From an uncultured delta proteobacterium (GTDB taxonomy: Bacteria > Desulfobacterota > BSN033 > UBA1163): a stretch of DNA of 64,000 nt. The notes under the pieces are model-generated. The model ran no database searches. It worked only from the letters and a program-made list of their open reading frames with translations, and was not told the origin of the DNA. Positions within the stretch are counted from its first letter, which is position 1. Every line of letters starts with the position of its first letter. A program made the translations under genes and the position numbers. Positions 12,024 through 23,048 of the stretch are shown here, in pieces. Location: contig CAWHGS010000011.1 in NCBI GenBank assembly GCA_963828805.1, forward strand, positions 22,212 through 86,211, given 5' to 3'.

Positions 12024-12490
12024 TTACCATCTCAGGTTCCCCTTCCGGGAGAGACCGGTCAGAGCCAGGGCAAGGGCATCCCCCGCGTGGCTCGACTGGA
12101 GACGCTCCTCGATCCTGAGAATCTGCCGGATCATCTTCTTGATCTGCTCCTTATCCGCCCTTCCGCTTCCGGTCAACGCACTCTTTACCTCCGTGGGCCT
12201 GACATCAATCACCGGGATCTTCCGCTCCTGAGAGGCAAGATAGATGACCCCCCTCACCTCTCCCAGCAGGATGGCTGCTTTTGGAAACTGTTTCAAGACA
12301 AAGACTTCTTCCATGGCCACAAGGTCCGGTGTCCATTTTTCGAGCAACTCTTTTAATCGATCGTAGATAATCTTTAACCGGACGGGAACGGGCGGCCTGA
12401 TTCCGTCCGGATGGCTCCCCACTCACAGGCCTTCCCCCCCCGGGCAGAGCGTCTCCACCACACCAAAACCCGTCATGGCCAGCCCCGGAT
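12024..12490 (-). CDS. ruvC: Crossover junction endodeoxyribonuclease RuvC (one frameshift near 12420)
   Basis: ORF 12024..12422(-) plus upstream MRAIGIDPGLAMTGFGVVE in another frame; RuvC catalytic-core signature. Confidence 0.85.
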
Positions 12491-12532
12491 CAATTCCGAT
12501 CGCCCTCATAAAATATCCATATTAATCCAAAA

Positions 12533-12585
12533 AAGAAAAGCCACCCGTCATGATACGAACAGAGGTGGCTTCTTCATCCTGAGAT
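12533..12585 (-). terminator. Rho-independent terminator after yebC
   Basis: Minus-strand reading: gccacctctgttcgtatcatgacgggtggc hairpin followed by ttttcttttttgg. Confidence 0.5.
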
Positions 12586-12593
12586 AAAAGGAT

Positions 12594-13343
12594 TTATGCA
12601 CTGAGTCGTTCCATCTCCTCATCGGCAATATCGAAGTTGGCGTAAACCTTCTGGACATCATCCGAGTCCTCAAGCCCCTCCATCAGTTTCAGCATCTGCT
12701 CGGCTTCTTTGCCTACGAGTTTGATGGTGGACTGTGGAACCATCGTCACCTCTGAGTAGGTCGGCTTGAACCCTGCCCCCTCAATCTTCTGCTTCACCTT
12801 TTCATAATCGGCAGGTGAGACGGTGACCTCGAATTCCTTACCATTGTCTTTCACGTCGAGGGCTCCTGCATCCAGGGCCACTTCGAGCAGTTTATCTTCC
12901 TCGACTCCCGTTTTGTCGACGAGGATCAATCCCTTGTTTTCAAACATCCAGGAGACACAACCCGTTTCACCCAGGTTTCCATTGTGTTTGGAGAAGACAT
13001 GCCGGACGTCTGCAACGGTCCGGTTTTTGTTGTCGGTCAAAGCCTGGACCAGCATGGCCACTCCGCCCGGGCCATATCCTTCGTAGGTAATCTCCTCGTA
13101 GGTGACGCCTTCGAGTTCCCCCGCCCCTTTTTTGATCGCCCGATCGATGTTGTCCTTGGGCATGTTTTCCGCTTTGCCCGCGAGGACCGCGCTGCGAAGC
13201 CTCGGGTTGGCATTGATATCTCCTCCGCCCATGCGCGCAGCGACCATGATCTCTTTGATGATCTTGGTGAAGGCCTTCCCCCGTTTGGCGTCTACCGCAC
13301 CCTTCTTCCTCTTAATCGTGCTCCATTTTGAATGTCCGGACAT
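12594..13343 (-). CDS. yebC: YebC/PmpR family DNA-binding transcriptional regulator
   Basis: [28 protein letters not shown]-terminus; start taken at internal Met 13343 of ORF 12594..13397. Confidence 0.9.
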   Translation of the reverse strand: MSGHSKWSTIKRKKGAVDAKRGKAFTKIIKEIMVAARMGGGDINANPRLRSAVLAGKAENMPKDNIDRAIKKGAGELEGVTYEEITYEGYGPGGVAMLVQALTDNKNRTVADVRHVFSKHNGNLGETGCVSWMFENKGLILVDKTGVEEDKLLEVALDAGALDVKDNGKEFEVTVSPADYEKVKQKIEGAGFKPTYSEVTMVPQSTIKLVGKEAEQMLKLMEGLEDSDDVQKVYANFDIADEEMERLSA

Positions 13344-13642
13344 ATCGTTATCCTCGAATGTGGAAAGTGGAATGTGGAGGGTCGTAAAAACAAACAACCT
13401 CCGCCGCTATACATTCGACCTTCAAGAATTGGTTGGCAACCTTGAAGCCCACGTAAATTATTGATTTTTTTAGTTAACCAACTTTTTAGTTTTTTCATCG
13501 TATAACATTTACCAACGAAAATCAAGGGTTTTTTTGGGGGTTGGTGGGGGTACATGGAAACAATTTGGAAACACTGAAAGGGAGACCTCCAAGGCTATCA
13601 ACCGGGTGGCTTTGGAGGTTATCCATATCCTTTTCATCTGTG

Positions 13643-13703
13643 AATCAGACAGTAAGAGACCATACCTGCCTACCGCAGGCAGGGACTTCAGACATCAGAC
13701 GAG
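13643..13703. repeat. Repeat element copy 1: gaatcagacagtaagagaccatacctgcct-accgc-aggcagggacttcagaca
   Basis: About 30 nt near-identical to 49950..49980; internal hairpin cctgcct/aggcagg; inverted gacttcagaca / tgtctgaagtc about 110 bp apart. Confidence 0.55.
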
Positions 13704-13896
13704 AAGGGAAAATAGAGTGCAAACCCTAAAGAAAAAAGGGGATCAGGACACTTTCAAGGGTCAATTCCCCATGTAAAATAGTCCGGTGTCTGAGGTCTGA
13801 AGTCCAATGTCTGAATTGCATCTCCTTTTTATCCCTTTTATTGACATTCATATTATTCTGTGTATAATAATATGTATATGAAGAGGAGGTTTTTCG

Positions 13897-14106
13897 ATGT
13901 GGGTGGATACGGAAAAATTGATACCCGTCACGAAATTGCAGAGGGAGCTGACCCAGAAACTCAAAGAGGTCTCCGAAACAGGCGAACCCGTCTTTGTCAT
14001 GCGAAACAATGAAATGGCAGCGGTGATCGTTTCCGCGGAGGAATACGAACTATTGACGCAGGCGGAGGAGATCCTTGAGCATCTGGAAATTGCCGAGAAA
14101 AGTTGA
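13897..14106 (+). CDS. Type II antitoxin, Phd/YefM family
   Basis: 69 aa; PVFVMRNNEMAAVIVSAEEYELL matches the Phd/YefM fold; 60 bp upstream of a RelE/ParE toxin gene. Confidence 0.75.
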   Translation: MWVDTEKLIPVTKLQRELTQKLKEVSETGEPVFVMRNNEMAAVIVSAEEYELLTQAEEILEHLEIAEKS

Positions 14107-14168
14107 AAAAAGATTAAAAGGCCATGACCGTTCGAAGAATATCCCCTGGGAGACAATAAAGAAGAGAC

Positions 14169-14480
14169 ATGGTCTATAAGATTGAATTCCTTCCGGATGC
14201 GGAAAAGGATTTTGACGCCCTCGACGGGTCTATCAGAAAAGAGGTTGCCAAGAAGATTGAGGGGCTTGCTGAAAATCCGTTTTTGGGCAAGCCCCTCGGG
14301 AAAAGGTATGGAGTGGACCTGACAGGGTTCTATAAAATCTACGTTTCAAAGAAGAAATATCGGATTGTCTATCGACTGATCGGAAAGCATATCGAAGTGA
14401 TAGAGATCGTGGGCATCGGAAAGAGAGAGAAGGAAGAGGTTTACAGGCTGGTCGCCAGACGGTTAAAGAAATTGATCTAA
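14169..14480 (+). CDS. Type II toxin, RelE/ParE family
   Basis: 103 aa; pattern YKIYVSKKKYRIVYRLIGKHIEVIEIVGIGKRE typical of RelE/ParE. Confidence 0.8.
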   Translation: MVYKIEFLPDAEKDFDALDGSIRKEVAKKIEGLAENPFLGKPLGKRYGVDLTGFYKIYVSKKKYRIVYRLIGKHIEVIEIVGIGKREKEEVYRLVARRLKKLI

Positions 14481-14567
14481 AAGATAAGTGTCAAATCCGG
14501 GGCGTCCGTAAGTTGACGGATAAGAATAGGGAAACAGGCGGAGCAGGGACAAAGGCAGGTAGAGGAT

Positions 14568-15319
14568 GTTTGGAAAAACGATTAAAGAAGTGGATGAACT
14601 GCAAAAGGAGATAAACGAATATAGACCCTTATCTCGTAACGCATTGAAGCAGTTGAAGAGAATATTACCGAATAGGATTGACCTATTCCAGTAATGCCCT
14701 TGAAGGTAACTCTTTAACGGAGACTGAAACCAAGATCGTCTTGGAAGAGGGTATTACCATTGGAGGCAAACCCCTTAAAGACCATTATGAAGCCATAGGA
14801 CACAGCGAAGCCTACGACCACTTATACAGGCTTTCAAAGAACAAAATCATTACGGAAGAGGACATCTTAGAGCTTCATAAACTCTTCTACTACAGAATTG
14901 ACAGGGAAAATGCCGGGGTGTATCGAAAGGTTCCAGTCATCATTGCCGGAGCAGAGGTTAAGTTTCCACCACCAAGCAAAATAAAACCTCTCATGCAAGA
15001 ATTTGTAAGAGAAATATCGTTCCTAAAAGAAAAACATCATCCTGTAGAACATTCGGCATTGATTCATCTTGGGCTTGTTAATATCCACCCTTTTATTGAC
15101 GGGAACGGAAGGACAGCCAGGCTTTTGATGAATTTGGCTTTGTTGCAGGCGGGATTCGTCATAACCATTATCCCCCCTATCTTGAGACGTGAGTATTTAG
15201 ATAGCCTTAAGGCCAGCAACCGGGGAGACAACAAACCTTTTATCGATTTAATGATGGGAATGGTTTACGAAAGCCAAAAGGATTATTTAAGGATTCTTCA
15301 GACTCTCAACGAAAAATGA
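14568..15319 (+). CDS. fic: Fic/Doc family protein (class II-like, with N-terminal inhibitory motif), one frameshift near 14665
   Basis: HPFIDGNGRTARLLMNL Fic active-site motif; SNALEGN (S/TxxxE[G/N]) inhibitory motif upstream of the core; N-terminus MFGKTIKEVDELQKEINEY in another frame. Confidence 0.8.
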
Positions 15320-15451
15320 AGAATCAAAGAAAGGAGATTAGAGGCAAGAGACGAGAGTCATCGAAGTTAAGACGGTTACAGGAGAAGCACGAAAATGTTC
15401 TGAGTCTTTTTAAGTTACCCTATGACGCTTATGTCATGTTCGAGGTAATGA

Positions 15452-15526
15452 TGGTGGGCACTGTAGGATTTGAACCTACGACTTCCTGCGTGTGAAGCAG
15501 GCGTTCTCCCCCTGAACTAAGCGCCC
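15452..15526 (-). tRNA. tRNA-Val (anticodon CAC)
   Basis: Manual cloverleaf: acceptor gggcgct, anticodon arm cctgc-ttCACac-gcagg, T arm gtagg-ttcaaat-cctac, CCA encoded. Confidence 0.85.
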
Positions 15527-15885
15527 TCTCTTTTACTCTATTTTATTAGATCCATTGAAATGTCAACACTATAATATATCAACTCCCATGATTTCAAGTT
15601 TTTTCCGAGGGAGCTTTCTATCTTTTTCGTCGCTGTAAAAATGAACGCCAATTATCGAAAATATCACTCGATTTATTGTCTAGTTTTGACAGTTAAAGGA
15701 CCTTTGCAAAAATCAGCTATCTTTTATCCATGTCATCGACTATGCTTCAGCATCTCCCCTCTTGGACGCAGTTCAGGATGATACCCGAAAGTACGGGGAA
15801 AGCTCCGCAGGTCCGGGATGACAGGTCCAGTTCTTAAAAACCTACCTCGGCCGAGAGGATCTCTGCACAATAAAGTCGGGGCTAT

Positions 15886-17082
15886 CTACAGAACGCATTT
15901 AAAGAATTGTCCTTCCATCATGATGGCCGCCACTTTTTCCTTCTTCTGGAGAAGGCGGATTCCTTCGAGGGGGTCTCCATCGACCACAATCAGGTCGGCC
16001 AGCTTCCCTTTCTCCAGGGTTCCAATCTCTTTTTCGAGACCCAGCGCCTCGGAAGCGGTCTTCGTGGCGGAGAGGATCGCCTCCATGGGAGACATTCCCA
16101 CGGTTGATAATAATTCCAGCTCTTCTAGATTCTCCCCATGATGGTTGAAGGGCGTCCCGGCATCCGTTCCCATGGCAATGGGGATCTTCGCCTTGTAGGC
16201 TTTAACGATGCTATCATGATGGTCTTTCATTGCCGACCTGGCCTTCGCAACGACGAAGGAGGAAATCCCTGCGTTCACTCCCCCTCTTAAGATGCGGTGC
16301 GGTGGAGAAAGCGTGGGAACCAGAAATGCCTTCCGCTCAGCATCAGAGCAGCAGCTGCGTCATCCAGAAAGATCCCGTGTTCGATGGAATGGATTCCCGC
16401 CAGGAGAGAGTTCTTGATCCCCTCGTTTCCCTGACAGTCGGTGGCTGTCCGTCTCCCCGCCTTGCGCGCTTCCTCAACGCCGGCCTGCAACTCTTCCAGG
16501 GTCAACTGAGCTGCTCTCCGTCCCGCCCGGGTCAGGATTCCTCCTGTGGCCATCAGTTTGATGACGTCCGCTCCCGCCTTGATCTGTTCTCTCACCGCCT
16601 TCCGGACGCCCTCCGGACCGTCCGCCTCCCGACTGTACTGCCATCCATAGCCTCCGGTCATACAGACCATCTTGCCGCTGCAGAGCGTCCTCGGGCCTTG
16701 AACCACTTTTCCCTGAATCGCGTTCCGGAGGGAAAGGTCGATATAATCTCTGCCTCCCATATCCCGGACCGTCGTGATTCCCAGCCTCCAGCGTCAAGCG
16801 GGCATGACGAGCCGCTTTTAAGCTATTGAGGGCTATCGGTTCTTTCATGAGGGAGGTCATCGAATCCGAATTTCCATCCATGCAGAGATGGACGTGGCAA
16901 TCGATGAGACCCGGAAGAATCGCCTTCCCCAAAAGATCGAAGACGGAGTCTTTCCTCGAAATTCTCCATCTCCTCTCGGGACCGACATAAGCGATGACAG
17001 GGCCATCAACAACCACCAGTCCCCTTTCGATCACTTCCCCGGTTCCTGTGATGACCCCTCCATTTCTAAAAACGATGGCCAT
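15886..17082 (-). CDS. Amidohydrolase family metallohydrolase (3 fragments)
   Basis: ORFs 16474..17082, 16287..16760 and 15886..16278 (all -); HVHLCMDG metal-binding start, KLMATGG and GTDAGTPFNHHGEN motifs of the amidohydrolase superfamily. Confidence 0.7.
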
Positions 17083-17085
17083 AAC

Positions 17086-18345
17086 TTATTTCTTTATCCC
17101 CGTTTCTGCTGACTCATCCCTCGCCCCAAAATACTGGATCGTTCCGTCCGGGTAGACAGCAACCTTGGCCTTATTCCCCCACTCCGACTTGAGGAGATCC
17201 AAAACCTCCTCCCACGTCTTGACCCAGAGGATCGAGGACACATCGCCAAAATAACAGGCCCCTGCATGATCTTTAAAGGGAGAGAGGATGATGAACCGTT
17301 TCACCTTGGTCGGCAGGGGTTGGGGAAGCCGGAGCCTTCCTTCTCCACATTTTCCGAATTCTCCAAAAAGATAGTGAACCACCTGTCCCGCCGGGTTCAT
17401 TCGAAAGAATGACGAGATCCCCACCCTCCTCTTTCAAAGACGGAATCCCGATAAAGGGCGCGATGGCGCACTCATTCGGTTTTGCATAGGTATTGACCAC
17501 AACGACATCCATTCCTTTTGCCGGTGCGGTCGAATAGACCTCTTGAGCCAATCTTTACGCCCTCCCGATGTTCCAGGATCGGGTCTCCGACAAAGAGGGC
17601 CGTGATCTCTCCCCGGAGGTTGACCAGGGCATCGATCTTGATATCGAGGCCGGCCATCCGGGTGGCCTCCTCAATATCGAGACGGGGGATGTTTCCCTCG
17701 ATCTTTCCAAGGCCCACGGATCCCGGATGGTTCTTTAACGAGGGGACCATGGTTATAGGCGATGGAATCGATGTGGGCTACTCCCGGGAGGAGGATCTTT
17801 CCTCCTCCTCCGAAACCGGAAAAGGCATGGGGAACAATGCTTCCAATGCCGATCTTGAGATCGCAGGCCATCACCTCTTTGTTGATCGAGACAGGCGTCC
17901 CCCGGCTGGTCTTGCCGAGATAGGTGCAGAAATCGAAAGGATGGTGGTTATAAACGGGAAACCGGTCGAGGACCTCCTCTCCCAGCTTCTTTCTGAAATC
18001 ATTTGCCGTATGGGCCCCGTGGGCGCCGAGGGCTGCGATGAACCGGACCTGTCGGTCTGAAATCCCCGCCTTCTCCAATTCCCTGAGCACAAAGGGAACG
18101 ATCTCAACAACAGGGGTGGGCCTTGCCAGGTCATCAAAGAGAATGACCACCTCTTTCTTCCCCTTGGCCAACTCTGAAATAGGCTTCGTGCCGATCGGAT
18201 TGAGGAAAGCCTTCTCCATCTCCCGGGGCGTCAGTTTCTTCCTCTCTCCTCCCTTGCATCGGACAAAAGGAGACTGTCCACGAGGAAGGGAACGTCTAAC
18301 TCCATTTCCGTATTCCCATACCAGATCTGCTGAGGAACCTTGAGG
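17086..18345 (-). CDS. LarA-like (lactate racemase / DUF2088 family) protein, 5 fragments
   Basis: ORF 17671..18219 N domain (ALGAHGAHT...) and 17472..17750, 17273..17551, 17086..17424 C domain; start MTLKVPQQIWYG in another frame at 18345. Confidence 0.55.
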
Positions 18346-18346
18346 G

Positions 18347-19182
18347 TCATGATTCTCTCCTCTCCGCCGCCTTAGGCTTTTGAAGCCTCTTCTTCATTTC
18401 TGCGATCAGGTCAATAAACCCTGTGGGTGAATAGCCTGCCATTCCTCCATCAGCAGTGATGGTCGTTCCATTGATATAACCCGAATCCTCAGAAGCCAGA
18501 AACAGAGCAACACCCACGATCTCCTCGGGCTGTCCCAGCCTCTTGAGCGGAACCCGGTTGGATAAACCGGAGACCAGGATCTCTTTGTTCAGGATGGGGG
18601 TATTCATCCCGGCAGCGACAAAACCCGGCGCAATCGCATTGACCGTGATGTGGTATTTGCTCCATTCATAGGCCAGGATACGGGTCAGCATCATCACGCC
18701 GGATTTGCTCACGCAGTAAGGAAGAAACCCTGTTCCCCATTGATCGCGGCTGCAGAGGAGATATTGATGATCTTTCCGCCTCCCTGCTGAATCATCTTCT
18801 TCCCCACGGCCTGACAGCAGAGGAAGACCCCTTTCAGATTCACATCCATCACCTGATCCCAGCCTTCTTCCTTGATCTTCTCCGCCTCCAGGATAAAGGG
18901 ATTGATCCCGGCGTTATTCACCAGCACATCGATCTTTCCGAAGGATTGGGTAATCTCCTCGACCATCCGCGTCACATCCTGGGATGAGGAAACATCTCCA
19001 GCAACAGCCATCGATCTGACTCCAAGCCCTTCGATCTCTTTGGCAACCCCTTTCGCCTTTTCAAGGTCCCTTCCATGGACGATGACATCCGCCCCTTCTT
19101 TCGCAAAACCCATGGCAAAAGACTTTCCGATTCCCCTGTGTGGACCCCGTAATAAAAACGACCTTCCCTTTCAGTTTCATCA
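18347..19182 (-). CDS. SDR family NAD(P)-dependent oxidoreductase (3 fragments)
   Basis: N-terminal KGKVVFITGSTQGIG Rossmann motif, NNAG, and YSKSG-like/Y-x3-K region in ORFs 18709..19113 and 18347..18712. Confidence 0.8.
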
Positions 19183-19466
19183 TCCCACCCCCCTGAATAA
19201 GATTGCCATTAAATCCTAACAAATGAGCTAAAATGTCAAGTTATCCTAACTAATGCACAAACCTGACGAAAACGGACATGGGCAAGCCGTTCGGAAAGGC
19301 TTCGAGCGAACCTTTATACGTAATGGCACATCCCGTTCCTTTACAAGCTGGAATTCACCAAAAGTGAAATCCTCCGATCACATAAGAAATCTCAAATAGA
19401 CCGCCTTCCGAAGCCTTGAAGGCCGGTTTGCCTATGTCCGGTATGACAAAACTGAAGGTTATTGTT

Positions 19467-20596
19467 CTAATCCCCAATCCCTAACCCCAGTTGATAAATT
19501 TTTTCAGCCGTTCTCTCGAAGAGATGGTTCAGATGGCTGCTATTCGAAGGAGCCCAGCCAAAGACCTTCTCCCAGACCTCCTGGCTTTCCATGCACAGAT
19601 AGATAAACAGATCGGGGTCTCCTTCTCTCAACCATTCCACCATCTTTCGGTACATCTCGATCCGGATCTCTTTCAGGTACCGGAATTTTCCATCCCGTCC
19701 GGGAAAGAGCTCTCCCAAAAAGATCCTGGCATCGGGGAAACGCTCCCTTGCAATTCCCTTGAGCTGAGGAGGATATCGAAACGCTCCCAGACTGATCCAG
19801 GCAATCCTTTTCGTATCGATCCCGACCAAAAGCTGTTGGACAGCCTCCCGGTAACCCTTTCTCCCATCCCTCATGGTGGATGAGGGGATCAAAATGAAAT
19901 CCCAACGGGTATCCTCTCTCCTGGCATTTTCGTGCCGCCAGGAGGCGCTCTTCCAGAGGCGCCGTTCTTCTCTCTTCCTCCTCAATCAATCTGGGGGGAT
20001 TGATCGACCAGGAGACAACGGTTCTCCCCCGATGATCCAGAGGAAGAAGGTGATCGACACCTGCCGATTTTGTCTTTAATTCCAGAACGCCTCTTTGCTT
20101 CTCGGCAAAAAAAGAAACGAGCCTTGGGGAGAGGGGAAAGATCGAATCGAGGGCCAGGCTGTCAGACAGTTCCCCTGTGCCCAGCCGGGGCAGGAAAGGA
20201 TGATCCTGGGAAAGAAAGGCCTCTATCTCCTGGAGGAGTTCATCCCAATTGGAGTATAGGGTCAGGAAAGGGTTGTTGAGGTATCCCTGAAGGACACAAT
20301 AGGAGCAATCCATCGGGCAGTTGGTCAGGGCATTGATCACGTGATATCCGCAACAGATATGAAGGGAGGTTCCCGGACAGGGTTTCAGCCGTTTCCCGTA
20401 AAAACGGGTGATGAAAAGGTTTTTCTTTCCTGTTCCGATGGGGTCCTGCCTGGAGAGGCTCGCCTTAATCAGAGTCTCTCTTATCCGTCACCCTCTCGAC
20501 AGGAACATGGGAAAGGCTCTTTAAGACGGCCTGTGCAGACCCAATCCTTTTCGGCCTTCTCATCAAGATAGATCTTTTCAATTTGAAAAGACATGA
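19467..20596 (-). CDS. Spore-photoproduct-lyase (SPL) family radical SAM protein (fragmented)
   Basis: CPMDCSYC (Cx3Cx2C) radical SAM cluster motif in ORF 19540..20340(-); overall SplB-like organisation; start MSFQIEKIYLDEKAEKDW found manually at 20596. Confidence 0.6.
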
Positions 20597-20635
20597 TAGA
20601 ACTCACTTCAATCCTATGGAGTCAATTTCCCTTCA

Positions 20636-21707
20636 CCCTTCCCTCTCCTCTCGGAGGAGAGAGGCTGGGGGTGACGGGTCTTTCATCATCTTCTTGAAAT
20701 TCTTCCTTTTCGCCGAGGGCAGAGAGAGAGGACAGGACGGATCGGTATTCTTCCATCGACTGGAATTGGAATCCGATTCTCAAGCCCTTTTCCTTCAAAA
20801 AAGGGGGGATGATAAAGGGAGATGCTGGAAGGGCAGATTCAAATCCCTTCGCTTCTTCTCAAATTGCTCTTCCAAGCTGACTCATCCGGGGATATCGGAG
20901 ATCCAGAAGAACCTTTTTCACCCTCTCCGTCTTCTGAGTGGAGGTCAGTTCCGGATGGGAGAGAAGGGCCTGAATTTCAGGGCAGATCCATGAATCTCTT
21001 TCTACGCTGCACTCGATCCCTCTTGGCAGATCTCTTCGAGAAGGGTCAGCATCTCTCTCAGGCTGTTTTCTCCCAATTTTAAGGCGGTCAATAAGACGAT
21101 GGGCCGCTTTCCGGTCTTCCACACTCAACCCCGCCAGCCTCCGTATGTTGGATCCGGGAGACCTCTTCTTTTAACACATATCTTTTGACCTCCTCCTCCA
21201 TCCGGGCAAGGGACAGGAAGGTGTTCAATATCTTTTCATTCGTTTCGAGATCGAAGAGAGGCAAACATCTCCCGGGTGACCACCAACAGGATCGACTCTG
21301 AAATGATCAACCAGTTTTTCGAGGGCGATGGCCTTCTCAACCGTGTTGAACCCCCGGGAGGTCAGATTCTCATGGAGGGAGATGAAGAATAATTTCAAGT
21401 CTTCCAGTTCTCTTCCCCGAGGATTCTCGATTCGATCTCGGTGATGAACCAAGCTCCTGAACAACGGCCAAGTCCGTCTGAACCCGGAGACAATTTGATA
21501 TCCGTTTGACTTTTCCCTTAAGAGAACGGGGTGAATCAGCCCCACTTCCTGGATCGAGGAACGGAGTCTTTCGAGGTCAGGCAGAAAATTGACGGAGAAG
21601 GTCTGATCGGAAAGATCGATCGGTATGCAGAGGAATATTCTGAATGGGTCCCATGGCGCAGTTCTTGAAAATCTCCTCCCGCCGAATGCCGGGAAAGACC
21701 CCCGCAT
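20636..21707 (-). CDS. ParB-like N-terminal (ParB/Srx nuclease-fold) domain protein; C-terminal half scattered over several frames
   Basis: ORF 21225..21707(-): LIHPVLLREKSNGYQIVSGFRR (ParB box I-like) and LHENLTSRGFNTVEKAIALEKLV (box II-like); the acidic C-terminal tail is found only by manual translation. Confidence 0.5.
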
Positions 21708-21723
21708 CCTTCGGAGATGATCT

Positions 21724-22568
21724 CTAGTCCTTAAATCTCAATCTCCGTATTGCTTCATGATCTCCTGATACCGTCTTCCTTCCGAGTTCATTCCCTCGTT
21801 TCAAAAACCCCTGGGAGAGAATCTGGCATTTCTTCTTCATCTCTTTGAGAACCATCTCCCTCTCTTCCGGCCCGACATAGGGTTCGGAGAGGAGTTTTTC
21901 AAGGGCGATCACCCGGAAACGGTCATTTCCCCAGGAACGGTTGGAAAGTTGATCAGGATGGCCTCCTCTTTTGATGATCAATTTCTTGTCGATAAAAAAG
22001 ATGGGAAACCGGGCAGAGACCCGGAGCCAGAGGTCATAATCCTCACAGACGGGAAGGGCCTCATCGAAAAGGCCGACCTTTGAAAAGAGCGTCTTTCGCA
22101 TCAGGGCAGAGGAGGGGCTGATGATGCAGAGGGGCAGACATTTCTCGAAGATCCAACCCGAAAACTTGGCATGCTTGAGCATCGGGTTGACCCTCTTCCC
22201 TCTTCGGATCCAGATCTCATCGGTGTAACAAAGAGGATAATGGGGATTCTCATCCAGAAAGGTGACCTGTATCTTTAATTTTCCCTTTCACCCAGAGATC
22301 ATCCGAATCGAGAAAACCGATGTATTTCCCCTTGGCGTGGAGGATGCCGCTGTTTCGGGCAGCGCTCACCCCCCGGTTTTCCTTATGTTGAAGGAGTTTG
22401 ACCCTCCCCCCGTAGCGGAGTGATCTCATCCGCTGTCCCATCCGTTGACCCATCGTCCACAACGATCAGTTCAAAATCCTCAACGTCCTGGGCAAGAACC
22501 GAATCCACTGCCTCTTTCAGCATGGGAAGACGGTTATAGGTAGGAATAATGACGGAAACCTTGGGCAT
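21724..22568 (-). CDS. Family 2 glycosyltransferase (3 fragments)
   Basis: [13 protein letters not shown] ... [10 protein letters not shown] ... [13 protein letters not shown] ... DSDDLW motifs across ORFs 22383..22568, 22250..22462, 21724..22182. Confidence 0.75.
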
Positions 22569-22579
22569 AATTCATATTG

Positions 22580-22687
22580 AGGATTGCAGGATTGCGGATT
22601 GCGAAGATAGAAACAATCCATCTTGGATCAGGATCAGAGAGATCCTATGGTTATGTCATTCCTGAAATCCGCATTCCGACAATCCTC
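22580..22687. repeat. Imperfect 24-nt inverted repeat (arms built from ggattgc heptamers) separated by about 60 nt
   Basis: Left arm gaggattgcaggattgcggattgc and right arm aaatccgcattccgacaatcctc, read directly; located between the GT2 start and the Rho_N-like gene end. Confidence 0.45.
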
Positions 22688-22704
22688 TAACTTTGCGGTT
22701 ACGC

Positions 22705-23048
22705 GGCGACTCTTCGGGTCATCTTTTTGGTGCGGCTGATCCTTTTCTTGAAGATCTCTGCCGTTTTCCAATCCCGTTTCTGGAGGGCCTCTTCTCGTTT
22801 CAACCTCAGCTCCTGCACCTTCTTTTTGAGCTCTGCGGTGGTGTAAGACGACCTTCTCTTTCTTAACAAAGACCTTCTGCTCTTTTTTCGCTTCCGGCTC
22901 AGGAATGCCTTTGGCTGTCCGGATGGCCTCGATCAGCTCCTCTTTTTTCATCGCATGGACGCCGTGGATGCCGGTCAATCCCAAGGGCCATCTCCCTCAA
23001 TTCTTTTGCCGTCAACTTCTCCAGGGGCTTCTCTTTCTTCTCCATCGT
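22705..23048 (-). CDS. Small basic protein with Rho-termination-factor N-terminal (Rho_N/SAP-like) motif
   Basis: LTAKELREMALGLTGIHGVHAMKKEELIEAI then a Lys/Arg-rich tail; reading frame joined manually across one frameshift. Confidence 0.4.

Noticed and set aside
22571-22690. Possible CRISPR-like short repeat array (ggattgc x3)
   Set aside because: The units are 7 nt with no spacers, there is only one cluster, and no cas genes are present; interpreted as an inverted-repeat structure instead.
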